Numbered from the stretch's first letter, positions 26,255-39,308 are shown. The stretch is DNA of 64,000 bases from Parasitella parasitica NRRL 2501 (GCA_025201805.1 MU619380.1:11884-75883), one strand, 5' to 3'. Notes: generated from the letters alone by a model not told the origin. Program-made: numbers and translations.

Positions 26255-27164
26255 TTAAAGATTAGGCAAGGGAATGCCTGTGCGGATGTGCTCTGTGCGA
26301 TTCCACCAGGCACGGATTCTTTCATCGCTCAAAACTGCAGTTTCAAAAATCTCAGGTTTGAGTGCCACCAAGAAGGTCAGATGCGACAGAAGGACCACAT
26401 CAGCCCAGCCAGCTAAACACACAAGATATATAAACATCTTTTTGTTAATGCACGCACTTGCATATAAAGCACGTAAAGCTTACGTTTATCGCCTGTTAAA
26501 TACGGATATCCTGCAAAATGAGAACTAACAAGAGCAATGCCGGTCTTAAGCTTAGCAACATTGTCCTTTACATCGCCAGCAAACTGCTCCAGCGATTTGC
26601 CTCTCATTGATGATTCACGGTCTTTTCTGAACCAATCCTGCAGCTTCTCATCGCCAGTAGAAGCATGAATGTCGAGTAAAACTATTCTGTAGACCGAGCT
26701 ATTGATGCATTTGTCAGAATAATGTAAAAAGAACTTGTGAAGAGCAGTGTTGCCGTGGAAGAGAGAGGGATTATTGGGGAACTGCTCCTCCAGATAAACT
26801 GCAATGTCCCAAGAATCCACCACGGGTTTATCATTATGGACAATGATTGGCACTGTTGGTCTGGATGAGCTTTTGCTATATATTGCATAGTTGGATCGAA
26901 TGATTGGCATTGTAGTATTAGAGCAAACTTACGTGGTTGGAGGAATGATCTCTTGAATATTAGCAAAATTTACCCATTTTGTTTCATAGGGGATGTTCTT
27001 TGTTCGGCGGTGAGTCAAACAGCCCAAGTTTAATAGGTATACAATTGCATGCCTACCTTCAAATTGAGTGCATATCGAGTCTTGCATGTATTAGGCGACC
27101 AGACCAATCCTGGCTTGTTGAGCAGTTCCAGATCATAAAATACGAGTTTGTCGTTTTGGGGCAT
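26255..27164 (-). CDS. Glutathione S-transferase (GSTFuA/LigE-like, WSPN motif)
   Basis: WSPNTCKTRYALNLK, TVPII...VVDSWDIAVYLEEQFP, YLTGDK..WADVV and IRAWWNR. Three GT-AG introns. Confidence 0.88.
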
Positions 27165-27513
27165 GGGAAAAAATATAGGAGAAGAGGAACAGCTACAACA
27201 ATTATACAAGTGTTTTACCAAGTCAGAAGGCTGTAGATTGGCTCAATGGACAAATTGATAAGATTCCGTCGAATCTGATGATTGGCTGCCTGCTATTGCT
27301 CACTTATCATTAATTGGCCTCCACATGCATTTTCAGTTCCTTGAACTTCCGTTGTATAAAAATGTTAAAAATGGCTACATGAGATCAGGTATCTATAGTG
27401 TATATATAGGGGCGAGGTATTTTTGAACTCTTTTTTTCTTTTTTTTTTTTTTTTTTTTNNNNNNNNNNNNNNNNNNNNNNNNNACTTGAAACTTTCTTGC
27501 TCCACTCTGCAAC

Positions 27514-28068
27514 ATGTCTCTGCCTCCACTTGTCTTTTTTTCTCTTACCCCAGAAGAGGACGATGATTCATACCCGACATCTCCCCAAGATTACCAGGAA
27601 GAATGTACCTGGATCGACGATTCAGAGTGTCAAGAAAACCTGTTTCAAATTGTCTCATTAACACCAGAGGAAGCCATTGTTGACAAAGATAACCACATTC
27701 AAACATCATTCAAACTGTTTTTTGAAGAATTGGGCTATCTGACTGAAGAACCAAAGCCTATTGACCCGAATCGTGATTACGAACAGGAGGCAAAAGACCT
27801 GCTGAGCCAACGTGATAAGAAAGTGCGTCAAAAGCATGTCGATCTTTTTTGTTTACCTTCATTAGATTCCTCAATGTCTGGATTATCGTCTTCATCGTCG
27901 TCAATTCATCATGAGCACCACATTATTGATACTAGATCACCACATTATATGGGTCAGCCCCATCCACATGTCAATCACCATGGCAACAAAGAGCCGAATG
28001 CATCCTATCATTATGGAAATTATCACCATCACCAGCATCATCAATACAGACCAAGCAGATTACATTAA
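27514..28068 (+). CDS. Hypothetical acidic/His-rich protein (184 aa)
   Basis: Single uninterrupted ORF with good ATG context (caacATGtct), TATA-like and poly-T elements upstream and an AT-rich 3' flank. No recognisable domain. Confidence 0.65.
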   Translation: MSLPPLVFFSLTPEEDDDSYPTSPQDYQEECTWIDDSECQENLFQIVSLTPEEAIVDKDNHIQTSFKLFFEELGYLTEEPKPIDPNRDYEQEAKDLLSQRDKKVRQKHVDLFCLPSLDSSMSGLSSSSSSIHHEHHIIDTRSPHYMGQPHPHVNHHGNKEPNASYHYGNYHHHQHHQYRPSRLH

Positions 28069-28206
28069 TTCCAACTTCCCCTTATATATATACATATATA
28101 AATACACAATCCTGCTATATACCCCTCTTTTATACATATCAGAATATGATAATTTTGTTTATTTCAATAAAAAAAAAAAGAAAAAAAAAAGAGAGAGACA
28201 CCCAAA

Positions 28207-31110
28207 TTAGTAATTTTCTTTGGCTGCCTTTGCCAACACTTCCCCGGTTCTCTTAATTACGCCCATATGGACAATGCGATCACCAGCCATGGCGACGGGG
28301 TTTGAGCTACGACCTATAACCACGCCTGTACATGGCGAGAAATACTCGTCAATGACATTGCCAAACATATTCTTGATGCGTGCTATGATTTCTCCTTTTC
28401 GAACAAGTTTATTTACGCCAGGATAGACCTCCAATAGACCACCTGTTTTTGTATAGAGCTGTCAAATGGAGTAGGTGAGCTAGGGGGGTCTTGTTCATAA
28501 CAATTGCTTAAAAAAGAAATTTACCCAAAATCCCCTGGAGCACAGCACTGTATGAGGGGGACCATTCAAATTCTCTTCGTTTACAAATGCTTGGATTTCA
28601 GTCATGTCGATATTTTTCAAATCATACATTGCAAAATGGTCTAAAATACGCATCACTCCCATAAACGACCACTACATGTATCTAAGTGTTGGTATGAAGC
28701 TTGCCAAACATGGTGGATGTGCGGATTCACTTGCCTGGATATAACGGTCTTGAAATGTTTGCGGATTGCCTATTTCAACTGTAATGGCTTTGATACCGCG
28801 TGCGGCTGCAGCTGATCTTAACGTGCCTAGATATCAAAACGTATCAACAGAGAAGACTATGGCTTCTGTATTTACGGCATCACTTTACCATCTTGACCGG
28901 AATTATGTAGCAATATTTGTGGTTGTTGCAATTTAGCCATTTTGGCGCCCACTGGATCGTTCTAAAAGTGTGATTAAAAAAAAAAAAAAAATGAGGGGAG
29001 CTGGTCGATGAAAAAAGTGCGTTGTGTACAAACCATGTCTGCTCGAACATAGTATGAATTTACTCTGCCAAAGCTAGCTGTATGCAGGTCAATCATATAG
29101 TTGAATTGAGATATGATCTTGTTCATGAGATGATGCGAAAACACTTGACTAGAGAAGCCATCTTCTTTACCCGGGAATTGCCGGTTCAAGTCTCTGCCAT
29201 CTGCAAACTCCCGCTGAAACCTGAGGAAGCCCCACACATTAACGCAGGGCACAGCAACCACAGTACCTTTCAGTTTGTTGACATCAATCTGAGAGATGAC
29301 TCTACATGTACAATTTTTTTTTAAAAAAAAAAAATTGGGGGGGGGGAGGCTTTTGTCTATATGTGAGCAAGGTAAATCTTACCTGTGAATACATGGAACG
29401 CCATTCAGCTCATTTCCGTGTACAGCTGCTGTAATACCAACAACAGGACTATACATATGCATCATCTATTATTAATTGAAACCTTCTAGAGTCGTTGACT
29501 TACCCGTCTTCTGTACCACGGCAAACAATAATCGGAAGTTTTAACCACTCGCTCAAGCCCTGGGTCATGATCTTGATCCACGCAGTGCTTATGGTGTTCA
29601 GCGGGAATTCATTGACTTCCAGCTTGTCTCGAGTCACTGGTGGTGGCATGTCTGTGTCTTTGTGTACTAACGCAAATGCAGGCGGCTCGTAGATGGCGTT
29701 TGGGTCAAACGACTCCATATTGATCAAGCTATCGCGACGCTCCAACCCCACTTTTATGGGTTCTTTGGCTACATGCAATGCATTGAATTTATTGTCAAGT
29801 TCTTGTGTGGGTGGTTGTGCTGCGGCGAGTGTTTTAATGGCACCGTTTTCTTGCTCTATTGGCACAAGCAGACTAGGACGACGATTGGATGGACGTCTCT
29901 GACTAGGGACAATACCCTCATTGTTGTTGAACCTTTTTGGAGGAGACTCTTCCTGTTGTTGCTGCTGCTGCTGTTGCTGCTGTTGTTGCTGTTGTTGCTG
30001 TTGTTGAGGAACTTGAGATTGCTGTGGTTGCAGAATGCCGCCGAATGTTTTGCCTTCTTCAATTTGGATGATGACAACCGTTGCCTCTGTAAATGAGTAG
30101 AGCATAAATAGCATGTTTTACATATTTACTGCTTTGTGTGCATACCAACTCCATTGAAGGCATATTGTCCTACTTGATTTGTGGCATTCAATAAAATGCT
30201 GGTAGGGCTTGCATCTTCGTCGCGTTCCACAAACAGGGTTTCTCCCTTTTTTAGCTCAAACTTTTGACTATGCGCATGGTTTTCATCAAGAATGACACTA
30301 ATGAAGCCCTCTACCACATAGACAAGTGCGAATGCGCCAAAGAGCATGTTCTTGCCGGAATCAACATCGCCCTGCAAATCTGTCTCAAACGAGCCAATTT
30401 TTTCGATTCTTACCTGAGCCTTCCCCAATTCGCGGCGAAGCATGAACTGCAGGCATGCAACAGGCGAATTTGTCAATTTGCATGTCGTGGCCCTAACGTG
30501 GTTTATATTAAATTATTACATTTCTTGTAATGCATATACACACAATGCACCCCCTTACCATTCACCATGCCACGAGTACGGAAATAATGGCTGAATCTTG
30601 GTAAATGACTCTCCTCCTTGGTGCGACAGTGAAAAGTATGCCTTTGAGTCTTTCTCTTCATCGGTAGGCAGAATCACCGTAGTGCTTGTGGTCATGGATT
30701 AGCCTATTTATCATTTTTTTTNNNNNNNNNNNNNNNNNNNNNNNNNNNNNNNNNNNNNNNNNNNNNNNNNNCGATGCATGACTCACCATTCGTAGCCAGG
30801 AAATACCGAAAAGTTACAGTTGGCGTGCATGGTGTTTGTGCTAAACCGCCAAAAGAACTCTTCTTTGATAAAGTCCTTGTCGGGCGGGTAGATGGCAATT
30901 TCGTCAGTCGTGCCTAGGCCATTCTTCCACTGTTGGGAATGATAGTCTGTCCTGTTGCGCGGGAATGGATGAGTTTTGGCGAGGGAAGCCCTATTTTTTT
31001 TTTTCAACTTACTCGGGTTTTAAAACGATGGCTTGTATAAGCGTAGGGTCTGGCGACTCTGATTGAAGCAGTGGCCCTTCGTTGTCCGATTCCTGTTCTT
31101 TGCGATTCAT
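28207..31110 (-). CDS. Fusion protein: N-terminal HutD (Ves) bicupin, polyQ linker, C-terminal M14 succinylglutamate desuccinylase/aspartoacylase-family deacylase
   Basis: HutD motifs [27 protein letters not shown] and LQFMLRR. M14 motifs [22 protein letters not shown] and TVEIG, plus a C-terminal barrel-sandwich ([26 protein letters not shown]). Splice junctions from the ATG into the deacylase ORF were checked and are in frame. Confidence 0.85.
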
Positions 31111-31230
31111 AGAGGATAAAAAACACAAAAGAGAGAGAAAGAAGAGAGAAAGAAATGAAGGAGAATTATTTTTTTTTCTGAGAAAATACAGGTTTATTAA
31201 ATAAACGGGTTGTCATATAGTGGTAACATG

Positions 31231-32683
31231 CTAGGCAATGGCAGATTTGGTCGAGGTCGTAAAAGATCCACCCAATGGCAAAACCCCAAAATCCGCTTCA
31301 TTAAGCCCACGTTGTTTCATTGCAGCTTCCAGTCTTTTGGGGGGATCCTGCACAGGCTCATCAGTCAGTACAAACGTGCCCCAGTGGATAGCGATCTACA
31401 CATGTATTTAGCGTCCTGTTTGCATCGGTTCGTGGGAAACTTACTGATCGCCGGCTCTTGACATCTCTATGGAGATCAACGGCATCTTCGGGAGAACAGT
31501 GCACCGTGGACATAAACCATCTGGGCGAATATGCGCCAATGGGGATCAGAGCAAGATCAAAGGGCCCTATCTTGTCGCCGATCTCTCTGAATGCAGGACA
31601 GTGGGGCAGTGTATCCAAGTACTCGTAGTCGTACTCTGATTCAGGCTTTGTGCTCGCAGGAACACTGCGATAGCCTGTGTCACTAGTATAATTGTCTGCA
31701 TGTGAGTATTCTCCAGCATTTGTGCACGCACACGCAAGAGATATCATTTACCCTCCGAAAAACACCTTCCCTTTGGTCGCATTCCCCTCTGTATCCAATG
31801 CCTCCACACACCACGAAGACCACAGCGTCTTGTCTTTATCAAACGGGGTTCTGCCAGACTGATGCTGGGCAGGAGTACACGTCAATCGGATCTGCTCTTT
31901 CGTCTTGTCCTTGACAACACCGACATTGTCCCACCAGTCCAGCTCGATAACGCGATCGTTGCCTGCACTATCCAGCTTGTTTGTCAGCGCAAACCATTTC
32001 TTGTTGCCCAAAGGAACATAGAACTTGCAGTCGGGATACAGCTTGTCCAGCTGCTTGATGGTATTGGCGTCCATATGATCGTAGCTATTGAATAAGGAGC
32101 TTGAGTTTCTGTGTTTGTCATCCATATGCACACACACTTTACTGGTTATGCGAAATGACAACTGCATCTACTGCAGGCAATTCTGATAGCTTACATGGCG
32201 GCTCTGTGTATCGCTTTGGCCCTCCAAATTGGACGGGAGAGCATCTGTCAGAGAAGATGGGGTCGAAAAGAATATTGAATCCTCTCAGCTGCAGCAGGAC
32301 GCAGGCACTGACATCTGTTAGCAAATCAAAAAACATCTCATTCAAGAACCCTCCCCCCCCCCCACTCACTGGCCCATCCAAGTCGCTGTAATGTCGTCAG
32401 TCAGCTTTCCGTCCTCGTTCTTTTTGATCAGCGTCCAGTCGATGCCAACTTGCTGGGGCAAAGTTGCAGACGTGATGGCCTTCTCAGCAGCACCCAGATT
32501 CATTGTCGTTATCAATTTGAAAATAGAGGTAAACGAGATGGGAGCAGCGGATGGCCAAGGGTTTTTAAACTTGCTCCCGTCATGATGGTCTTTCTGCGCT
32601 TGGGCATGCACGGGGATTGATTGAGCAGTAAACTTTGCCATTATTGCAAAAGCAGCTGTAGTGGCAAATGCCCTTTTAAGCAT
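31231..32683 (-). CDS. NAPEPLD: N-acyl-phosphatidylethanolamine phospholipase D (metallo-beta-lactamase fold; Fmp30/NAPE-PLD-like)
   Basis: [61 protein letters not shown] and IHWGTF. Confidence 0.92.
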
Positions 32684-32893
32684 TCTATTGACAAAAAAGA
32701 AATACGTATTTTTTTTATTTTCTTTTTTATACAAAAAATAATTCTTTGGTGAGACTCACAGTGGTGCGCTGTTTCGGCCCCATTTTATTTTATTGTTGCT
32801 CAAAAGTGAGAAAGGTGGTATTTTTATAAATTTATATATATAAACAAATTGACGGTTAAAAATACAAATGCAACATACAGTAAATATCATGTC

Positions 32894-35494
32894 TCAAGAG
32901 CAGATTTCAATGTACAAGTTGATGGCCGTGCAGATCAAGTAAATAGCAATCCAGCTGTACCCAAAGCCACGCGCCATCCTGTATCCATTCAATGGCACTA
33001 GTACAAGTGATGATATCAGTACAACCAAGAGGCCGACGCTAGAGACAACGATCGTCTTGGGGACATCAATTGCGTAGGGTTCGTTTCTCTGGGAAGTAAC
33101 ATAGGTGGCTCCCATGCCCACACCAAGCATGATATCTGGTGTCAGTCGTCAGTTGTCAGTATCACGCCCTCAAAGCAGCATTTACATAAACTTACTCAGC
33201 ATGGGCCCACCAAAGCAAGCGCTCATGGCCATTAACGGGTATCCCATCCTTGCCATTGTCACATTCGCTACGAAATCTCCCAAGCTGTTGCCCAATGCGA
33301 ATACTGTCAGTCCAAGGATGGCTTCACTGACACCGACTGCCATGCCAATCGCTTGCAATACGCTAACTACTTCGTTGGCGATCAAAAAGATCCAAACCAT
33401 AGCTACACCAAACCCAATAAAGCACATCATCCAAAATAGCCGTGGCTGCTGTGTCGGCAAAGTGGTCATCCAAAATGCCACCGCAACGAGCACTCCAGTA
33501 ATGAACCCAACAGGCAAGGCAACATGGACTGGCGCAATGTCTTGCGTAACAATGACAAACGACACAAGCAGAGGAGCGCCGATGACTTGGACAGCGGTTA
33601 TCCATTTTACCCAGGCTGCTTGCTCGGTACTGACTGCAACATTATTGCCATTCTCCGGCTCCGCCTCGGCCTCGACCTCAGCCTCCTCTCCAGCAAAAGC
33701 ACGGGCAAGGCCAATAGTATCATTATTCAACTCAATGTGCGCCACTCTGCCACCAGCAAGCGCATTTTCACTGACAACGGGCAGTGTGACAGATAGCAGG
33801 AAAATCACAGGCACTGACAGGATGGCACTCGCTTTGCCAAATGCCGATTTTTGTCGAAATCCAACCAAGGATGGAAACAAATGCGCTTTGACCTGGCGTT
33901 TGATGTAGCGAGCGCTTGCTGAGCTGCAGAATTGGTGAATAAACGTCCTAATACGATTAGCAGCGGGAGAAGAAGGGGCCGGGGACAGTGGCCAAGTAGC
34001 CTCGCCGTGTCTACTTTCAGCCGTGTGCAGCGACACTTGGTCCGAATAGCGTTCAAAAGGCGATGCTTGTCTCGGAAACGGCTGCTCTTGCCGTGATGTG
34101 ATGTTGCCGTAGATCGTGCTTGGGCTTCTCAATGACTGCACGACGTCTTGAAACTCGATGGCAGAGAGAAGCGACGTGCGAATGCGCAACTTGGGATGGA
34201 CTCCGTTTCTTTGGTGCACCAAATCCTGATATCCCTCAGTCTCAAAGCCCTCGTCGTACAGCTCCATTTCATCCCCGTTGGTTGGGTTGCCTTTTGATGC
34301 AGATGTCAATGTAATGCCCTGTTTGTGATTCCTGTGGCAAACCTTACCGTTGATAAATGCGCTTGTTCGAAGCAAGTTGTCAACATCCGTGCCTGTCTCC
34401 TCATACTCTAGCCGTGCTCTTTCCACCAAATTCAAGTAATTTGACCTTTTCTTCATGTAGTAGTTGCCTCCTACCACCACAACTACGTAGACAATGTAAA
34501 ACAGGATCAAAACGATGGCTTCGTGAAAGTAAATGAACCCATCAGACACAATCGCCATCACGAGCAAGATTGCGCAAGTAAAAAATGAAACGTCTCGTAG
34601 AAAGCTGAATCTTTTGGCTCTAAAGGGCTTGATGGCGCACATGGTTCTGCAACTGGATCAGTAACAGACCCGCCTATTTGTGGGGTTGGGGTATCGTGCA
34701 ACTTACCCTGCTACTACGCTCACAATAAACGATGCAGCACCGATCAGCTCACCCAGCGCCAGTGAGCCTAGATTGGAATGCATGGCACTAAACGTAGAAA
34801 AAAGATCTGGACTCCCATTGCCAAACGCTAGAAAAGTGACTCCAGTCTATCGTACTCGACAAATCAGCCCCTCTTGAGTGCGCAGAGAAAGATAAAGTTC
34901 CTTACCAGACTTTCTGATAGATGCAGTGCCGAAGCAATTGTTTGAAGGTTTGGGCCTAGAAAGACGCTTTTACATGAATACAGTGTGTTTTGCAGCATAC
35001 GTGTCTGTAGCATTTTGTAATCTTACAGAAAAAGTCTGAAGCAGCAATCCCTACAAAACCAAATAAAAACAACAGCCAGCCACACTTTTTTTTTTTTTTT
35101 TTTTCATCTGCATTAGAAAGAAGGTGGTGTATCATGAAGAGCCTGGTTCTTACCAGGAATACAAAGACCAGCGGTCGCACAGGCGAACAATAGTAAAGCT
35201 GGATGTAGTTGAAAATGCCAGGCGTGGCATCCATACAATGCTCGAGTACATAAGCGCATTGATCCTGCTGTAGATTTATATTGTCGCACTATGCAGGAGG
35301 ACACTGTTAGGCGAGAGCCTGTTTTCTTTATGTTTCCAACCTTCCAGTACCTTATTTTCAAGTTGTAGCTGAAACTCATCTCTTTTGTATACCGAGTGCA
35401 GGTTCTTTGAATGCGAATTTGTCCATGCAAATGTGATGAACTTTGTTACTAGCAGAATGGAAAATACGACGACAGTAGTTTTTCCTATTGCCAT
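32894..35494 (-). CDS. Cation/Ca2+ exchanger (CCX/NCLX, Ecm27-like)
   Basis: Alpha-1 repeat GVTFLAFGNGSPDLFS, alpha-2 repeat GLTVFALGNSLGD..ACFGGPML, FLRDVSFF and an N-terminal hydrophobic leader. Confidence 0.92.
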
Positions 35495-35704
35495 GATGAT
35501 TTATTATGGATGTTAAAGAAGAAGAAANNNNNNNNNNNNNNNNNNNNNNNNNNNNNNNNNNNNNNNNNNNNNNNNNNNNNNNNNNNNNNAAAAAAAAAAT
35601 AAAGAAAAAAAAGAGAGAGAGAGAGAGAGAGCCAAAAAAAACACGTATGTATTAACTAGTTACGGCTTTGTGCTACACATTAAAATGGAGTTATAATTTA
35701 CAAG

Positions 35705-38179
35705 TTACATGAATTCCTCTGGTTTAGTAATGGGAGAGTAGTTCAGGTTGTTTTTTGTTACATATTCATTGAGTATACATTTGGATACGATTGCAGCATG
35801 GTGCAGCGGTGAGTATGGTGTAAAGGGAAACATGGGTGCTACAGAAACACCGGCTTCGCCCCCCAATGTGATTCCGGCCAAAATATTACCTTCGATACAA
35901 ACATCCTTGAATGTCGCTGGAAATTGGCTCGCCACTTTGCCGAATGTCATGTATTTTTCAGACTCATTATAACATTTCTCTGCTTTCTCATGCTCTCGCA
36001 GCAGCCCTTCTGTCATTTCAATGCATTTGCGATCGGTATAGCTGCCGTCTTGACTACCACTACCACTACCACTACCACTACCACTACCACTACCACTACC
36101 ACTGCCATTACCACTGCCACCACCAAGGTGCTTTGTCAACAGGGGCCGCGTTGCACTTTCCATACGACTGTATATGTAATATCGGATGAGCGCAACTAAT
36201 CGAACGCAAAGACCGTACAATTCATGCAAGTGGTTTGCTTGCAATTTCAACAGCAAACTATCGGAAAACGGAAACAGGCTTTTCCATGCAACAGATGCTT
36301 GTTTGAATGGAATGTTGGTGTTCACCTTGTCCACAAAATAAAAATTCAGCATGTAGTCGCAAAGTGCATGGAAATGATCAATAATTCCAATGACTGGGTC
36401 TTTTTGCGTATCCCCTCGTCGCTTATTAGCGTGTGCTAGCTGTTTGAACCTGTAACCCGCATGAATAATGTAGCCAAAAAAGAAGGAAAAAAAAAAAACC
36501 AGCAACTAGCTGTATATACAATGGTAAAACTTACATGATGGTAAAAACCTTGTACTGCTCGGGTGTTTCAGCATTCGGTGCTGTGGCGGAAAGCACTTTG
36601 TTGGGTGCTGGAACACCAGTAAGCGCTGTACTCGTCGATGATGTAGATGACGATGCAAAAGTAGCTGTATTGGGCGTGGATACTGATTTTGGTGTGCTTG
36701 CAATATTGGAAGCAGGCTTTTTGACATGCTTGGACAAAGATGGTGATGGGTTGGACACTGTAGTAGAATTGCTGGTATATTGGGTATCCTTTTCTATTGT
36801 GGTGGTGGGGTTAGTATGGCTGGCAGATGATTTTTCATCCCTGCTGGCTTTAGATGTTGCCATTCGTTTTGCTGGCGGTTCGCTGTTGGAAACTTTGCTG
36901 TCTGCGGCGTCATGAAGTGATTTGCGCTTTGCATCTCTACCAGATGATTCCCTCTCCTTGTCTAATTTGTCTGATTTTTCTCTTTCTGCTCGGCTTGCGC
37001 TATTAGGTGCTAATTCCCTTTCAGCGCGAGACGATGCTTCTCTTTCAGAACGAGTGGATTCCCTGTCAGATCGAGGCGTTTCCTTTTCAGTACGAGTACT
37101 GCTTGTAGTCGATGCTATCGAGTGTACGGGCTCTCTTTCCAAGCGAGCAGGAGGTGATTGACGACGGTGGTTGGACTCGGAGCTGGTTCGGCGTCTGGAG
37201 GGGGAAGAGGAGCGTTGGCTTTTACTTTCAGAACGGTGCGCTTTGCTGACAGGCGAGCGAGATCGACTTTTTGATCTGCGGCGACTGCTCCGTTCTTTTC
37301 TGCTTGTAGAACTGCTACTGTCATCACGATGGCGAGTACGGTCTCTCTCACGATCACGGCCGGGTCTATCATCCTCGCGACGTTTAGGCTTTACGCTGGC
37401 AGTAGTGGTCACAGTGGTCGATAGAGTCGATGCTTTTCTAACGCTGGGGAGAGAAATGGAACGGTCATTATTCCTGCTCTCATCGTCCGCATCTACATGG
37501 CTAGTGCGAGAGTTCGTTCGAACAGGCGATGGGGATGGACTGATTGTCTCTCCTTCCTCCAATTCCGGATCATGAGATGGTTTATTGAGGCTGCTGCTGC
37601 GTTTGGGAATTTTGGTGGATCGCAGAAAATCAGCAGAGACTGAGCTGGGATATGCTTGTTCACCAGATTTAGTCGTGGTGTATGTTGCAGACTCTAGTCG
37701 GTTTTCCTCCTTGACCTTGGCTGCCTTTTTACTTTTTGTTGGTGGTGGTGATGGTGGCGATGGTGGTGATGTACGAGTGGGCTTCTGGCTTTGGTCGCTC
37801 TGCGATTGCTTTTTATAATTAGTTTTACCGACGGATTTCGAAGATGCATCCAAAGGTAAAGATGCTGTCGTACTTTTAGAATGAGTTGAAGGTTTTGTTT
37901 GATTTTCTAGAGTGGGAGTGGGATTTGGGGGATGATCAGCATTTCAGATCACACAACGTGCCTCAAATACTTACTTTTTTTGGATGACAATGATGCTGCT
38001 TTTTCTTGCTTGGTTTTGGTGCTATTTACTGATGACGATGCAATATGCTTTGCAAGACCCTTGGGCATATCATTTTCATCTGGTTTTGGATATAAACGAA
38101 TGTATAATTGAGGCTTTTCCTTGACTTTGCTATCTTTTGGCATTCTACATTATGTTAGTCATGCGATCCTGCTCCAGCG

Positions 38180-38235
<56 letters not shown>

Positions 38236-39308
38236 NNNNNNNNNNTTACAACAAACTTACTCTTGTAAACTTGATAAGCTTCGAAATTCGACTTCGTCAT
38301 GGCCCAAGAGGTATTTTCGAGCTTCCATAAGATCCTTCGCAAACAGGTTAATTGATCACGCACCAATAGACGCATTCTACAACAACTTACTGGTATATTA
38401 CCAATTTGAACTACTTTTTCCGTCGGTATCGTTTTCGAGGAAACCCGAGGACGAGTTTGGGGATATGTTGGTTTAGTAGCAGACGCAGGCTGTTTTTTGG
38501 GTTTTGAATCTTGAGGACTAACGGCAGATGATTTCGATGTCGATGATTTACGAAGTGTGCTAATTGAGGACAAGGTGCCGTGGTTTTTAAGAGGGGCAGC
38601 AGCTGGTTTTCGTCTTGTGTCGGTTAAATTTTGCAAAACACCTTTGATTTTATCGGGAATCAGCTGAAGCGGACCCTGGTGCTTGTCTGCAACGCGTGGT
38701 GTTGGATTTGCACTTGACGACAATGACTTGGCTGTATTCGACGGCGCCGACAATGATAACGTTGGTGTTGTCGCTTGCGGTGGTGCCTTTTTGCTGTACT
38801 CGTTCATGATATCTTCAATTTTTCTCAATTTAACACCAGTGCTTTGTGGATAGACTGGCTCGGGTTGCTTGAATTTCTTACTGGAAATGGGAACTGTCCA
38901 GTTACGGTCAACTACGCGGTGCTGCTTGGTTAATTCTTTAATTGGTATGTCAATGTTCATATCCTTCATAATAGGCCAGGCTTCTTTTGGATCTGCTGTA
39001 AATCGGTCTTCGTCATCCGTTGCAACTAGTTCAGCAAACTCGCCTGGTCTCTGCCAAGTCGATTTATCCCTGAATCGCTGGTAGGTGATGACATTCGTAG
39101 CTCGGAATCCTTTCATGTGTCGACTAATAGTGCTTTTGAGATTGTCTCTAAAATCAGAATACTGGTGCTGCTGCTGCTGCTGATGCTGATGCTTGCCGCT
39201 ATTGCTACCGCTGCTATTGTTGCTGTTGCTGCCTTGAGAAGAGGATATCGGTCTATCATTAGGAAACGACTTGTAATCCTTGGGATATCTATCCTCTTTC
39301 GTTGCCAT
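35705..39308 (-). CDS. Large Ser/Arg/Lys-rich nuclear protein with a helical C-terminal domain resembling AFF-family CHD / S. pombe Ebp1
   Basis: The upstream exons splice in frame. A long disordered RS-rich middle precedes a C-terminal FKQLAHANKRRGD..HFHALCDY..WKSLFPF..LYGLCVRLVALIRY. Gene is well supported; family call is a moderate inference. Confidence 0.6.
36054..36125 (-). repeat. (GGTAGT)n hexanucleotide coding microsatellite (Gly-Ser repeat)
   Basis: Tandem ctacca units on the + strand encode GSGNGSGSGSGSGSGSGSGS. Confidence 0.9.
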
